Shown: positions 6,771-16,095, counted from the first letter of the stretch. The stretch: DNA of 36,754 nt from an uncultured Negativicutes bacterium (GCA_937926555.1 CALAZX010000199.1:1-36754); one strand, 5' to 3'. Notes: generated by a model not told the origin, from the sequence alone. A program made the numbers and translations.

Positions 6771-8285
6771 TCAGCGCAGGGACATGGGGCGGTTGGACAC
6801 CACCACGCCGGACCGGCCATTTTTGTTCTTGCGGGCCAGCCGCCGCTGCTCCTTCTGACGCTTCTTCTCTTCCTTCTCCATCCGTTTGCGGAGCTTCTCG
6901 TTCTGCTTGCGCAGCTTCTCCCGCTCCTTGGCCTTGCGGATCTCGCTCTTCCGGTCCGCCACGCCGCCCTTCACGGGGGTGGAGCTGACAGTGCCGCCCT
7001 GTACAGGACCGTGGGTCCCGGGTCCGGCCACACCGGTGGTCTTGGCCCACCTGTCGATCTTGGGGTCGATGGACCAGCGGTCGTCCGGCATCTCCTTGCC
7101 CGTCTTCAGCGCGTGGATATACCGCTCATACTGCTTGGCGTAGACGGCTTTCAGGCCGTAGTCCTTCCACATGTCCGCCGGAGCCTCGTCCGGGAAGCGG
7201 AGCATCAGCTCACGGGCGTTGAAGATCTTCTCCGCGTACATGGGTCCCATGGCCCAGGTTCCGCTGAGCCCCTTCCACTTGTCAATGAGCCCCTTCTGGA
7301 GCCGCAACGCATGGGCTCCCTTGTAACGGGGGTCGATGATGGGCGTCTTGGGCTTCTCCTTGGAAGCGTAGGCCATCAGATGCTGGATATGGGCCCGCAC
7401 CCCGTCACGGGGCGTGGGGAACGCCGCACCCTTCACACCGCCACCGATGGTGCCAAGCCCGCAGAAGTTGTGCTGCCAGGCCTGGACGTCGCCGCCGTAG
7501 GCGAAGTAGCCGGTCTCCACCAGGGCCTGGGCCAGAGCCAGGTCGGGGCGGATCCCCTCACGGCCGGCCTCCTCCCAGTAGAGATCCACAATCTCGCCCA
7601 CGCTGCAGCCCACGCTGAGCACCGGGTTCCGGCTCATGATCAGCTGGGCCGCCTGGTTCTTGGTGGCCACGCTCTTGCCGAAGAAGGACACCTTCTCGTA
7701 GCCGGCGGGCAGCAGGAAGTCATTGTTCCGGATGGTGTGACCGGCACGGGTGATGATCTTGCCCAGCCCCACCGGAGGCACCGTGGCGGGGACCTCGATG
7801 GTCTTCCCCTCCTCCACGTGCTCGCTCAGCTGCCAGTTGCGCCGGTTCTTCTCGGCGGCTTCTTTCTTCGCCTTCTCGGCCTTCCGTGCCGCCTCCACCC
7901 TGCTGCGCCAGCTGCCTGCCGCCGGTTTCGCCGCGGCGGTGCCGGCTTTCGCCGCATCAGCTTTCACGCTTGCGGATGCTGCCGGTTTGGCGGCTGAGGC
8001 CTTGGCGGTCGCGGGCTGCCACTTGCTGCCGGAGACTGTCGCGGCCTTGCCGGCTGCGTGTTTCGCCGCAGGCGCGGCCTTCCCCTCCGGCGTTTTCGCG
8101 GCAGCAGGCTTCGCCGCGGCGGGAGTTCCCGTCTGCGGGGGTGCCGGCTTCTTCCAGGCGCTCCTGGTCTGTGTCACGGCTGTCTTCGGTGCGATGGGCG
8201 GAACCGCGGACGCCTCCCCCAGAACGGGAGAGAGCAGCAGGATTCCGGCCAGCGCCACTTTGCAGCCTTTTATCATAAATGTCAT
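6771..8285 (-). CDS. Exported glucosaminidase (GH73-like) peptidoglycan hydrolase with Ala/Lys-rich linker and basic tail
   Basis: Signal peptide; AQALVETGY, HNFCGL, FPTPRDGVRAHIQHL and WAMGPMYAEKI; GGAGG 8 nt before ATG 8285. Confidence 0.8.
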   Translation of the reverse strand: MTFMIKGCKVALAGILLLSPVLGEASAVPPIAPKTAVTQTRSAWKKPAPPQTGTPAAAKPAAAKTPEGKAAPAAKHAAGKAATVSGSKWQPATAKASAAKPAASASVKADAAKAGTAAAKPAAGSWRSRVEAARKAEKAKKEAAEKNRRNWQLSEHVEEGKTIEVPATVPPVGLGKIITRAGHTIRNNDFLLPAGYEKVSFFGKSVATKNQAAQLIMSRNPVLSVGCSVGEIVDLYWEEAGREGIRPDLALAQALVETGYFAYGGDVQAWQHNFCGLGTIGGGVKGAAFPTPRDGVRAHIQHLMAYASKEKPKTPIIDPRYKGAHALRLQKGLIDKWKGLSGTWAMGPMYAEKIFNARELMLRFPDEAPADMWKDYGLKAVYAKQYERYIHALKTGKEMPDDRWSIDPKIDRWAKTTGVAGPGTHGPVQGGTVSSTPVKGGVADRKSEIRKAKEREKLRKQNEKLRKRMEKEEKKRQKEQRRLARKNKNGRSGVVVSNRPMSLR

Positions 8286-8423
8286 CAATTCATCCTCCGT
8301 TGTTCTCATAAAAAACCGGGATTACAATATCTCATTTTATACTATTTTACCGTGGGATGTAAAGCCGCAAGGCCAATGTGGAATCATTCCGGATTCCCCC
8401 ATCTCCTCCCGGCTGCATTTTTA

Positions 8424-8432
8424 TGATATAAT
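8424..8432 (+). promoter_or_regulatory. Extended -10 promoter element
   Basis: TGaTATAAT about 70 nt upstream of ATG 8503. Confidence 0.5.
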
Positions 8433-8502
8433 GAAGGCGTATGAATTGTTATCTGTCTGCAACAGATACAACGTTTATTCAGATTATATAAGGAGTGATT
8501 GT

Positions 8503-9177
8503 ATGTCAGCTGAATTCCGCTATATCCATCATGCATGCTTCACCGTGACCGCAGGCGGGGAGACCCTGATCTGCGACCCGTTCCTGGACGGCAATCCCAG
8601 CCACATCAAGTGCGAGGACCTGAAGGTGGACTACATCTTCATCTCCCACTTCCATGACGACCATCTGGGCTGCGCCTTCGAACTGGCGAAACAGTGCGAC
8701 GCCCTGATCATCACCACCGCTGAGATCGCCGCTGCCGCCGCTGAGGCAGGCTGCCGCGCCCACGCCATGCACCTGGGCGGCACCTACAAGTTCCCCTTCG
8801 GCAAAGTGCGTGTGACTCTGGCCTTCCACGGAAGCGGTATCGCCGGCGGCCATGCCTGCGGTTTCATCGTTGATTTCCACGGCGCCTCCTTCTACTTTGC
8901 GGGAGATACCGGCCTGTTCAGCGATATGCAGCTGCTGCAGGACCTGGACCCCTTCCATTACGCCATCATCCCCATCGGCGGCAACTTCACCATGGATCCG
9001 GACGACGCGGCGAAAGCGGCGGCCTACCTGAAGGCTCCCGTGGTGATCCCCATCCACTACAACACCTGGCCGGTCATCGCCCAGGATGTGCAGGCCTACA
9101 AGGACCGTGTGGAAAAAGCCCTCCCCGGCGTGGAGGTATGCGTGGTAGACCCCGGCGATGAGATGGCCTGGGAATAA
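8503..9177 (+). CDS. MBL-fold metal-dependent hydrolase (UPF0173/YtkL-like)
   Basis: DPFL.GNP, SHFHDDH, YFAGDTGLF, PIGGNFTM and PIHYNTWP motifs; AAGGAG RBS; the upstream part of the track ORF is shadow frame. Confidence 0.9.
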   Translation: MSAEFRYIHHACFTVTAGGETLICDPFLDGNPSHIKCEDLKVDYIFISHFHDDHLGCAFELAKQCDALIITTAEIAAAAAEAGCRAHAMHLGGTYKFPFGKVRVTLAFHGSGIAGGHACGFIVDFHGASFYFAGDTGLFSDMQLLQDLDPFHYAIIPIGGNFTMDPDDAAKAAAYLKAPVVIPIHYNTWPVIAQDVQAYKDRVEKALPGVEVCVVDPGDEMAWE

Positions 9178-9252
9178 GACTAAAAAACGGCAGTATACTG
9201 AAGACCTAACAAATCACAGGATAATATGACATCGGACAGCTAGTTCCGGATT

Positions 9253-9294
9253 AAAAAAACGAGATTGCAGCGAATACTGCAATCTCGTTTTTTT
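9253..9294. terminator. Bidirectional intrinsic terminator
   Basis: AAAAAAACGAGATTGCAG-cgaata-CTGCAATCTCGTTTTTTT between convergent genes. Confidence 0.85.
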
Positions 9295-9301
9295 GTCGTT
9301 T

Positions 9302-10333
9302 TTATTTATCCGGATACATGCATTGCCCTATGTAGCGGACTGTCTCCGCAGTATGGATTCCGGGTGCGACTAATCTCTTGTAAGGAAGCGGATAAACCCT
9401 GTTCTCTTTCACAGCCTTCAGTTTCCTCAGCTGCCCCTCACGGATTTTAGCCAACGCATTCCGTTCCTCCTCTTTACCGCCATGATGAACGATAAAGATA
9501 ATATCAGATTCCGCAGTGAGAAGCTCCTCCATACTGATAAACGGCGCCTTATAATCCACAATATCTCCGCCAAGTTTTGTAACAATGTCCCCACTGAGAA
9601 GATTTTTCCCGAAAACTTCTATATTATTGGGCATGAATTCAACCACAAGCACACGAGGCCGCTTTCCATCTGCGGATTGCCTGCCATATCGTTCCAGCTC
9701 CCGCCGGATTCCTGTTATCTCATCTTGAGCCTGTTTTTCCTGTCCAAAAACAGTTCCCATATTCCTTAAAAAATTCTCTTCACTCTCCACTGTACAGGCG
9801 GGGAAGTTTCCTAACGAAGGGATTGGACCGGAAGCATCCTGTATATATGTTCCAATGCCATTCTGCTGCCAGAAGACTGTGTCCCCTAAAGCCTGGGGTC
9901 CAAAAAACCTGCGCATAGCCAGAATGAAGTCAGGCCGCAATGCGATCGCTCCTTCTTGTGAAAGAGAAGCTCCATGCACCGCCGCATGAGGAAATCTCTT
10001 TTTGTAAGATTCCAGGTATGTGGGATCTTCCAGAACCATACTGCATACAGAATCTCCGGCGCCAAAAGCCAGCAATGTGTCAGCAGCGTTCATTCCGCAG
10101 ACAATAATGCGCTCCGGCTTGAGAGGAACCCTGCTTTTCATGGTTGTTCCCGTAAATGAGTAATTCTCCACAGTGACATAATCTGTTGCGGATTTCCCCA
10201 TTTTTGTCTCATCCGCCATTCCTGCAGGGGATTTTCCGCAAGCCGCAGCCACTATCATTATTCCGATAATCAGAACGCCGCAAAGAGGCCGCAGAATCGA
10301 CCACAAAATGCTGCTGAATCCCTTCTTGATCAT
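9302..10333 (-). CDS. Fe-siderophore/cobalamin-type periplasmic binding lipoprotein
   Basis: Lipobox-like VAAAC; KPERIIV, EGAIALRPDFI, ISMEELL and LKAVKENRVY motifs of the helical-backbone SBP family. Confidence 0.85.
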   Translation of the reverse strand: MIKKGFSSILWSILRPLCGVLIIGIMIVAAACGKSPAGMADETKMGKSATDYVTVENYSFTGTTMKSRVPLKPERIIVCGMNAADTLLAFGAGDSVCSMVLEDPTYLESYKKRFPHAAVHGASLSQEGAIALRPDFILAMRRFFGPQALGDTVFWQQNGIGTYIQDASGPIPSLGNFPACTVESEENFLRNMGTVFGQEKQAQDEITGIRRELERYGRQSADGKRPRVLVVEFMPNNIEVFGKNLLSGDIVTKLGGDIVDYKAPFISMEELLTAESDIIFIVHHGGKEEERNALAKIREGQLRKLKAVKENRVYPLPYKRLVAPGIHTAETVRYIGQCMYPDK

Positions 10334-10383
10334 ATCTGCGCCTCCTTGTGCCGCTTTTTACATATCATGCAGACTTTCTGCTA

Positions 10384-12321
10384 TCAGAATTTATACTGGA
10401 CGCCTGCCATGAATGTTCTTCCCAATGTATAGAAATCACCATCGGGATCAGAGAGATCTTTCCGGTTGAACACATTGTTCACATCAAAAGTGAAGGATGC
10501 ATCGTCATTGAAACTGTATCCATAATGGATATTGGACAGCAATAACGGCTTGACCCCTTTCTGGCTGCTGTTGTTCACACGTTTTCCCATGTAACTCAGA
10601 TTGATAGCTGCAACATTCTTATCATCATGCCAGTTTACAGCCGTCATCAGCTGATACCGCCCCAATACATCTTTCCATGCGGAATTGTCGTTAGCCTTGT
10701 TTTCCGGTTTGCTGTAAATTCCTCCCACCGTCATATCCCAGTGAGAATCAAGTTTCTTGTTATACTCAGCCTCAACACCTGCATTCCGGTAACGTGCCGC
10801 ATTATAAGACTGGCTCATTGACGTTCCGCCTACAGTTACCCTCCGGCTTGTAATCTGGTCTTTCAGATCAATTCTGAACAATGCCACCTTGAAGGAGTCA
10901 TCGGCGCCCTGGTTTTTGAAACCAACTTCATAATTCCACCCATATTCAGGTTTCAGGTCAAGATTTTCCAGGATGACACCACTGGAATAATAAAGCTGCC
11001 GGAAGGTGGGCATCCGGAAGGACCGGCCGGCATTGGCATATAAAGAGCTGTTCTCACCCAGCTTAGTTATAGCCTGCAGTTGCGGTAAAAACGCATTGTA
11101 ATTTCCCGCATCAGAACGGATCATATCTTCACGCATGCTCAGAATCAGATGGGTCGCATCGCTGAGATGCTTGTCATATTGCCCATAAAGAGAATAGCCA
11201 TTCAGTCCGTAGGTTCCGAAACGGGCTTCCGGTTTCAGCGGACTTGCGCTGTTTCCGAACATCTTGAATTTCTGATTCTCATCCACATAGGTCTCACGTT
11301 TAAGAGATGCGCCCAGAAGAGCCGTGTCCTTATCCAGATTCCATACTTTTTGGCCATCAGCCCCGAAATGACGATGTTTGCTGCGCTCCCATTCCAGATT
11401 ATCCTTGTTCACAACATAGTAATCCGGATTTCTGATGGAACGTTCGTTGTAATAGATTTTAGCCTGACCGCCATTCTTATCATCATAACGCAATTGGGTG
11501 AAATGCTCCCGGTCGTCATACATGAAGTGCTGCAAGGTATTCTCATCAGCATCATTGTAATCAATAGTGTACTTCTTCTGATTGTACATATATTCAGCAG
11601 TCAGATTGTCGTCAATTTTATATGTGAGTCCAAGATGGTTTTTCTTGCTGTCGCCGAATCCCATATAGTAGGGGATTTTCACACCATTGATAGTTTTGGT
11701 ACCTTTGACACGGGTGATATTCCCCACCTCACCCATTTCTTCACGTCCAGCGGTGATACCTACCCGATCCAGTCCCAAAGCAAGCTTATAGTTATGCTGT
11801 CCTTTATTTCCCAGCGCGATTCCAACCTGGTTCTGGTAGCCGTCTTTTGTGATGATATTGACTACGCCGCCATATGCCTCACTACCATACAGAACAGCGC
11901 CACCACCTTTTACAACCTCCACTCGTTCCACTGCCCCCAGGGGAACCATGTCGAGATGACTGACGTTATTGAAACTCATGGGTACGCCATTCAGAAGAAC
12001 CAGCGTTCCGCCTTTGATGCCCCGCAGACTTACCGTGCTGTTTCCTGTAATCCAGCTCTGGTCATGCGGGCCCATCTGGGAAAAATACACCCCTGCTTTA
12101 TATTTCAGCGCTCCAGCAACATCTGCAGCTCCCGTCTGCATCAGCGCCTCACCCGTATACACGCTGACATCCGCCGGAGTATCCAGCAAAGATTTCTCGT
12201 AACGCATCGCTGTCACGCTCATTTCATCCAACGTGAACTCGGAAAGATTCTCCGCAGCTTGAACGCTTACAGCTCCACACAATAAAGCAGCTCCGATTAA
12301 TAACGTAAGTTTCTTGTTCAT
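10384..12321 (-). CDS. TonB-dependent outer-membrane receptor
   Basis: Signal peptide; TonB-box-like LDEMSVTA; plug motif VERVEVVKGGGAVLYGSEAYGGVVNIITK; FRMPTFRQLY, LKPE, NNVFNR; C-terminal Phe; GGGAGG RBS before ATG 12321. Confidence 0.93.
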   Translation of the reverse strand: MNKKLTLLIGAALLCGAVSVQAAENLSEFTLDEMSVTAMRYEKSLLDTPADVSVYTGEALMQTGAADVAGALKYKAGVYFSQMGPHDQSWITGNSTVSLRGIKGGTLVLLNGVPMSFNNVSHLDMVPLGAVERVEVVKGGGAVLYGSEAYGGVVNIITKDGYQNQVGIALGNKGQHNYKLALGLDRVGITAGREEMGEVGNITRVKGTKTINGVKIPYYMGFGDSKKNHLGLTYKIDDNLTAEYMYNQKKYTIDYNDADENTLQHFMYDDREHFTQLRYDDKNGGQAKIYYNERSIRNPDYYVVNKDNLEWERSKHRHFGADGQKVWNLDKDTALLGASLKRETYVDENQKFKMFGNSASPLKPEARFGTYGLNGYSLYGQYDKHLSDATHLILSMREDMIRSDAGNYNAFLPQLQAITKLGENSSLYANAGRSFRMPTFRQLYYSSGVILENLDLKPEYGWNYEVGFKNQGADDSFKVALFRIDLKDQITSRRVTVGGTSMSQSYNAARYRNAGVEAEYNKKLDSHWDMTVGGIYSKPENKANDNSAWKDVLGRYQLMTAVNWHDDKNVAAINLSYMGKRVNNSSQKGVKPLLLSNIHYGYSFNDDASFTFDVNNVFNRKDLSDPDGDFYTLGRTFMAGVQYKF

Positions 12322-12336
12322 AGTTGCCTCCCTATC

Positions 12337-12384
12337 GATAATATTTACTATTAAAATGATATAGCAACAGCGAATGCAAGTCAA
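12337..12384 (-). promoter_or_regulatory. Sigma-70/A promoter followed by Fur-like box
   Basis: TTGACT (12384-12379), 17 bp, TATCAT (12361-12356); adjacent GATAATATTTACTATTAAA (12337-12355) matches 12/19 of GATAATGATAATCATTATC. Confidence 0.6.
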
Positions 12385-12500
12385 TATTTCTATACCGGAG
12401 CATTTTTTCCGCAAATATTTTTTTATTGTCCGCCAATCCCTTATATATCAACGCCTTTAAATGCCAACTCAAGAGTTTTGTTAGTGGATACGCTGTAAAT

Positions 12501-13931
12501 CTACTTCATATACTGTAAAGAAATGCAACGGATAGATGGATACTGTGAAGCAATGCGCAAAGCACCTTCCGATAGACCTGCCGATACGAAAATAATCCCC
12601 GGTTGGCCTTTTTTTCCACACTGCATCTCTCCAATATCGAAAATATCCGTTGCCGCATCGAGAAACTCCTCGGCTGACAGTGCGGTACTTTGCCAGAAGA
12701 TGAGTCCTATACAGCATTCCTCTCTTCCTTTAATCAGAATATAATCGTGCTTTCCGACCTCGTCTTTCTGTACTTCTTCCCAACTGAACCCGACGGCATC
12801 AATTTTTGTTAACGGCAGATCTTTTCTATCTTGAAGAATCGCCACATGCTGTAGGCAAATCCGACGAAAAACCTCTTCACAATAGGAACTGTAAATTTCT
12901 TCATTTACGTGGTCCCAGACACATTTTCCTTTCCCTGTGCTGATAAGGGAAATCCACGGGAAAACAAATCGGTACCAGAACAGGAGACCCGTATCATGGA
13001 TTGTATAGAAAGTTTTCTTATGCTGCTTTTTGATATGTTTCTCCTCAGCGGCGACAACCCGTTGCAGAAGACCTGTTTCAGTCAGGACGCGTAAATATTT
13101 TGCCAGTTTATTGCTTTCCCACTCCATGTTTTCCGCAATATCTTTAGGACGTCGGAGTCCATTAGCTACAAGCTCGAGAATCCTATTATACATGTGAGGA
13201 ATTCGAAGATCAGCTCCTTCAAGAGCCTGTATCCCCCAATCGTTGCACATTTCTGCTGAAAAACAGGCTTTCATAATTTCCTCATCACCTCGCACACCTC
13301 CGTCAAAAAGATTGAGGCGAGCCGGTCTTCCCCCGGAAACTCCATAAAGCAGAACCCTCTCGGTCTGAGAGAAAGAAGCCCCAAACCAAGGCAGCATCTC
13401 CATATAGCGTAACGGCTCCAGAGTCATGCACGTCACAGATTGACGGCCAAAAGCTTTCTCCACGGTCCGTGTCAGCAGCTTTCCATCCCGGCAAGCGAAT
13501 ATAAGCAATAGATTTAACGCCTTATAATGCTGGTTAAGCAGCATTTCCAATTCCTGCCATAAGTTGCTGAAAGTCTTCATCAGCCAGTCAGCATTGTCGA
13601 ATACAAGCGCAATCTCTTCCTGAAGCGATCTCTCCACAATCCATTTCAGTTCAGTACGCCAGTCGGGTGTCTCTTTATTACAGTCCTGAGTATACATATT
13701 CCGGTATTTCCCTGATTCAACCCCCATCTCACTGGCAAACAGACGCTCATTCAGAGTCATATCTCCACTTCGTACCGCATAATAGAATGCCTCATGTGTA
13801 CGGCAGAATTCCTGCAATAACCGGGTCTTACCGATTCCTTTCGTTCCATTCACGCATACTATTTTCAGCCCTTGGAGCACAAACAAATCTCCAAGCTGCT
13901 TCAGCTCTTTATCTCGCCCTATAAAATCCAT
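12501..13931 (-). CDS. Archaeal-type ATPase/DUF234-family protein, divergent
   Basis: FIGRDKEL, GTKGIGKT Walker A, central wHTH-like region and YTIHDTGLLFWYRFVFP; Walker B reads FDNAD. Confidence 0.8.
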   Translation of the reverse strand: MDFIGRDKELKQLGDLFVLQGLKIVCVNGTKGIGKTRLLQEFCRTHEAFYYAVRSGDMTLNERLFASEMGVESGKYRNMYTQDCNKETPDWRTELKWIVERSLQEEIALVFDNADWLMKTFSNLWQELEMLLNQHYKALNLLLIFACRDGKLLTRTVEKAFGRQSVTCMTLEPLRYMEMLPWFGASFSQTERVLLYGVSGGRPARLNLFDGGVRGDEEIMKACFSAEMCNDWGIQALEGADLRIPHMYNRILELVANGLRRPKDIAENMEWESNKLAKYLRVLTETGLLQRVVAAEEKHIKKQHKKTFYTIHDTGLLFWYRFVFPWISLISTGKGKCVWDHVNEEIYSSYCEEVFRRICLQHVAILQDRKDLPLTKIDAVGFSWEEVQKDEVGKHDYILIKGREECCIGLIFWQSTALSAEEFLDAATDIFDIGEMQCGKKGQPGIIFVSAGLSEGALRIASQYPSIRCISLQYMK

Positions 13932-14011
13932 ATTTTCACCAACCCAACTTTATAGTTTACTTATTTCGAGTATACTATATCAAAATAATTCATTCAAGTT
14001 TACTGATCAGG

Positions 14012-14057
14012 GATAAAAAATAGGATTGCAGCAATGACTGCAATCCTATTTTTTATC
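14012..14057. terminator. Bidirectional terminator-like hairpin homologous to 9253-9294
   Basis: GATAAAAAATAGGATTGCAG-caatga-CTGCAATCCTATTTTTTATC, perfect 20-bp arms. Confidence 0.85.
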
Positions 14058-14187
14058 TGCTTATTTTCTTCTGCGTTTCTATTGATTGGTTTGTACCTAA
14101 GCAATAACTTCCTTATTTGCATCACAGAATCAAGCTGACTGTAGAGAAAAGCTCTCCAGCTCGTAGACAGAGTGTCTCCACCATTAC

Positions 14188-15246
14188 TCATTCCCGAATC
14201 AGCTCAATCTCCGCTCCAGGAAACCGTTCCCGCCAGTAGCGCAGGTTGGTATTCTTCTGTCCCCGCAGCTTCGATTCCAGTTGCATGGGGAAAGATATCC
14301 GCACCTTGGAGACTTGCTTCTCATCCGACAACGCCACTTCCACGGTGATCTCCGGCCGCCCCGGCAGGATGGCGAACCGCCGCTCTTTGCGGCAGCCTTC
14401 CCCCGCCTCGGACAGCATCTCCGCCACCACTTCCGTCACGGCGTCGCGGCAGACCCGGCTCTTCACCAGTTCCCCCATGGCCGGATGGAAGGGACCCGCC
14501 AGGATGTTCCCCGGCCGGCACAGCTCCTCATCGGGCTGGAGACCGATACGGATGACCTTAATGCCCCGCTCCTCCAGCCGCCGGTACACGTAGGCCGCCC
14601 GGTCCGCCGCCTCCTCCACGGACAGCGGCGTGAACAGCCCCTGGCGCCACTGCTCCTCCAGCGGTGTCCCCTTCACTACCAGGAGGGGATAGATCCGGGC
14701 GATGTCAGGTTGCAGACGGCAGACATCATCCACCGTCTCCCGCAGGGATTCCCGGCTCTGCCCCGGCATCCCCACCATCAGCTGCAGGCCCACGGAGAGG
14801 CCTGCCTCGCGGAGAAGAGCCACCGCCCGGACCACGTCCTCCCGGGTATGGCCACGGCGCGCCTTCTCCAGCACCCTGTCATCCAGGGACTGGACACCCA
14901 GCTCCACGAGAGTCACCCCGTGACGCTTCAGCAGGTCGATCCGGGGCTCATCAATATAGTCCGGCCGGGTGGAGACCCGGACCGAACCGATGACCCCGGC
15001 GGCTCTCAGTTCGTCCACAGGAGCGAAAAGCCGCTTCTGCAGGTCCATGTCCAGGCCGGTGAACGAACCGCCGTAGAACGCCGCCTGGTTGCTTCTGGAG
15101 GGGGCGATCCACTGACGGTACTTCCCGATCTGACGGACTACGTCCTCCACGCCGGTCCGCTTCTCCCCGCTGATGGTCTTCTGGTTGCAGAAGACGCACT
15201 GATGGGGGCAGCCCGCATGGGGTATGAATATAGGGAAAATCGCCAC
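14188..15246 (-). CDS. Radical SAM protein (Elp3-like radical SAM domain, no acetyltransferase domain)
   Basis: CPHQCVFC, FYGGSFT, STRPD and VELGVQS motifs; AGGAG 8 nt before GTG 15246. Confidence 0.88.
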   Translation of the reverse strand: MAIFPIFIPHAGCPHQCVFCNQKTISGEKRTGVEDVVRQIGKYRQWIAPSRSNQAAFYGGSFTGLDMDLQKRLFAPVDELRAAGVIGSVRVSTRPDYIDEPRIDLLKRHGVTLVELGVQSLDDRVLEKARRGHTREDVVRAVALLREAGLSVGLQLMVGMPGQSRESLRETVDDVCRLQPDIARIYPLLVVKGTPLEEQWRQGLFTPLSVEEAADRAAYVYRRLEERGIKVIRIGLQPDEELCRPGNILAGPFHPAMGELVKSRVCRDAVTEVVAEMLSEAGEGCRKERRFAILPGRPEITVEVALSDEKQVSKVRISFPMQLESKLRGQKNTNLRYWRERFPGAEIELIRE

Positions 15247-15272
15247 AGCGTCCACTCCTCTCTTCATCATAT

Positions 15273-15305
15273 AAAAAGAGGAGCGTACCCCAAGGCACGC
15301 TCCTC
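15273..15305 (-). terminator. Intrinsic terminator after rnc
   Basis: GAGGAGCGT/ACGCTCCTC stem followed by a U5 tract on the minus strand. Confidence 0.7.
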
Positions 15306-15332
15306 CTGCGCCGTCTTTCCACGGAAAAACGG

Positions 15333-16088
15333 TCAGATCTCGTCTTTGATGTTCGGCGCGTTCAGTCTTTCCAGCGCTTCACGGGCGGCCTGCTGCTCGG
15401 AGTCTTTCTTTCTCCGGCCGGTGCCGCTTCCCAGCTGCTCTCCGTTCACAATCACGCCGGATGTGAAGATCCGGTTGTGTTCCGGACCGGAATAGGTCAG
15501 CAGTTCGTAAGCGATGTCGGTCTGGTCGCCGTGCTGCAGGTATTCCTGCAACATGCTCTTATAGTCTCCCAGCATCAGAAGGCCGTTGCACACGGCATTG
15601 ATCTCTTTCTCCAGGAGATTCAACAGATATTCACGGGCGGCATCCAGCCCCTGGTCCAGGTAGTAGGCACCCAGAACCGCCTCGAAGGCATCCGCCAGAA
15701 TGGACGGGCGGGCATTCCCGCCGGAGATCAGCTCTCCTTTGCCCATCCGCAGATACTTGCCCAGGTTCATACGCCGGGCACAGCGGTACAGGGACGTCTC
15801 ACAGACAACCTGCGCTCTCAGTTTCGTCAGCCGGCCTTCATCGAAGGTGGTGAACTTGTTGAACATGTAAGTACTGACAATCAGGCTCAGCACAGAGTCC
15901 CCCAGGAACTCCAGGCGTTCATTATGCTCGTTACGAGGATAGCCTTTGGTCTCATGGGCATAGGAAATATGCGTGAGGGCCAGATTCAGCAACTCATAGT
16001 TTTGCATTGTTATGCCCAGGCTGTCGCAAAGTTCTTTCAGCTCCGCCTCGCGCTCTTTATCGCATTTGGCTCTAACAATCTTATCCAT
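15333..16088 (-). CDS. rnc: Ribonuclease III
   Basis: NERLEFLGDSVL, ADAFEAVLGA and a C-terminal dsRBD (DYKSMLQE...KKDSEQQAA). Confidence 0.97.
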   Translation of the reverse strand: MDKIVRAKCDKEREAELKELCDSLGITMQNYELLNLALTHISYAHETKGYPRNEHNERLEFLGDSVLSLIVSTYMFNKFTTFDEGRLTKLRAQVVCETSLYRCARRMNLGKYLRMGKGELISGGNARPSILADAFEAVLGAYYLDQGLDAAREYLLNLLEKEINAVCNGLLMLGDYKSMLQEYLQHGDQTDIAYELLTYSGPEHNRIFTSGVIVNGEQLGSGTGRRKKDSEQQAAREALERLNAPNIKDEI

Positions 16089-16095
16089 AGTTATC

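Larger units (their letters stand above)
9178..14187. mobile_element. Lower-GC, probably horizontally acquired island; no mobility gene
   Basis: Abrupt drop in GC and change in codon usage between two high-GC genes; homologous hairpins near both ends. Confidence 0.6.

Noticed and set aside
264-7997. Long + strand ORFs (264..1208, 1638..3137, 3110..5203, 6258..7997) and similar ones at 16012, 18995, 23926, 27113, plus minus-strand 25613, 33854 and 35326
   Set aside because: Antisense shadows of real high-GC genes; no RBS or recognisable motifs
7750-8502. 475-aa fusion ORF upstream of the MBL hydrolase
   Set aside because: The 5' part is antisense to the GH73 gene and runs through promoter DNA; the real start is 8503
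12322-12500. Cobalamin riboswitch upstream of the TonB receptor
   Set aside because: AT-rich, no B12-box, and the promoter lies only about 35 nt from the start codon
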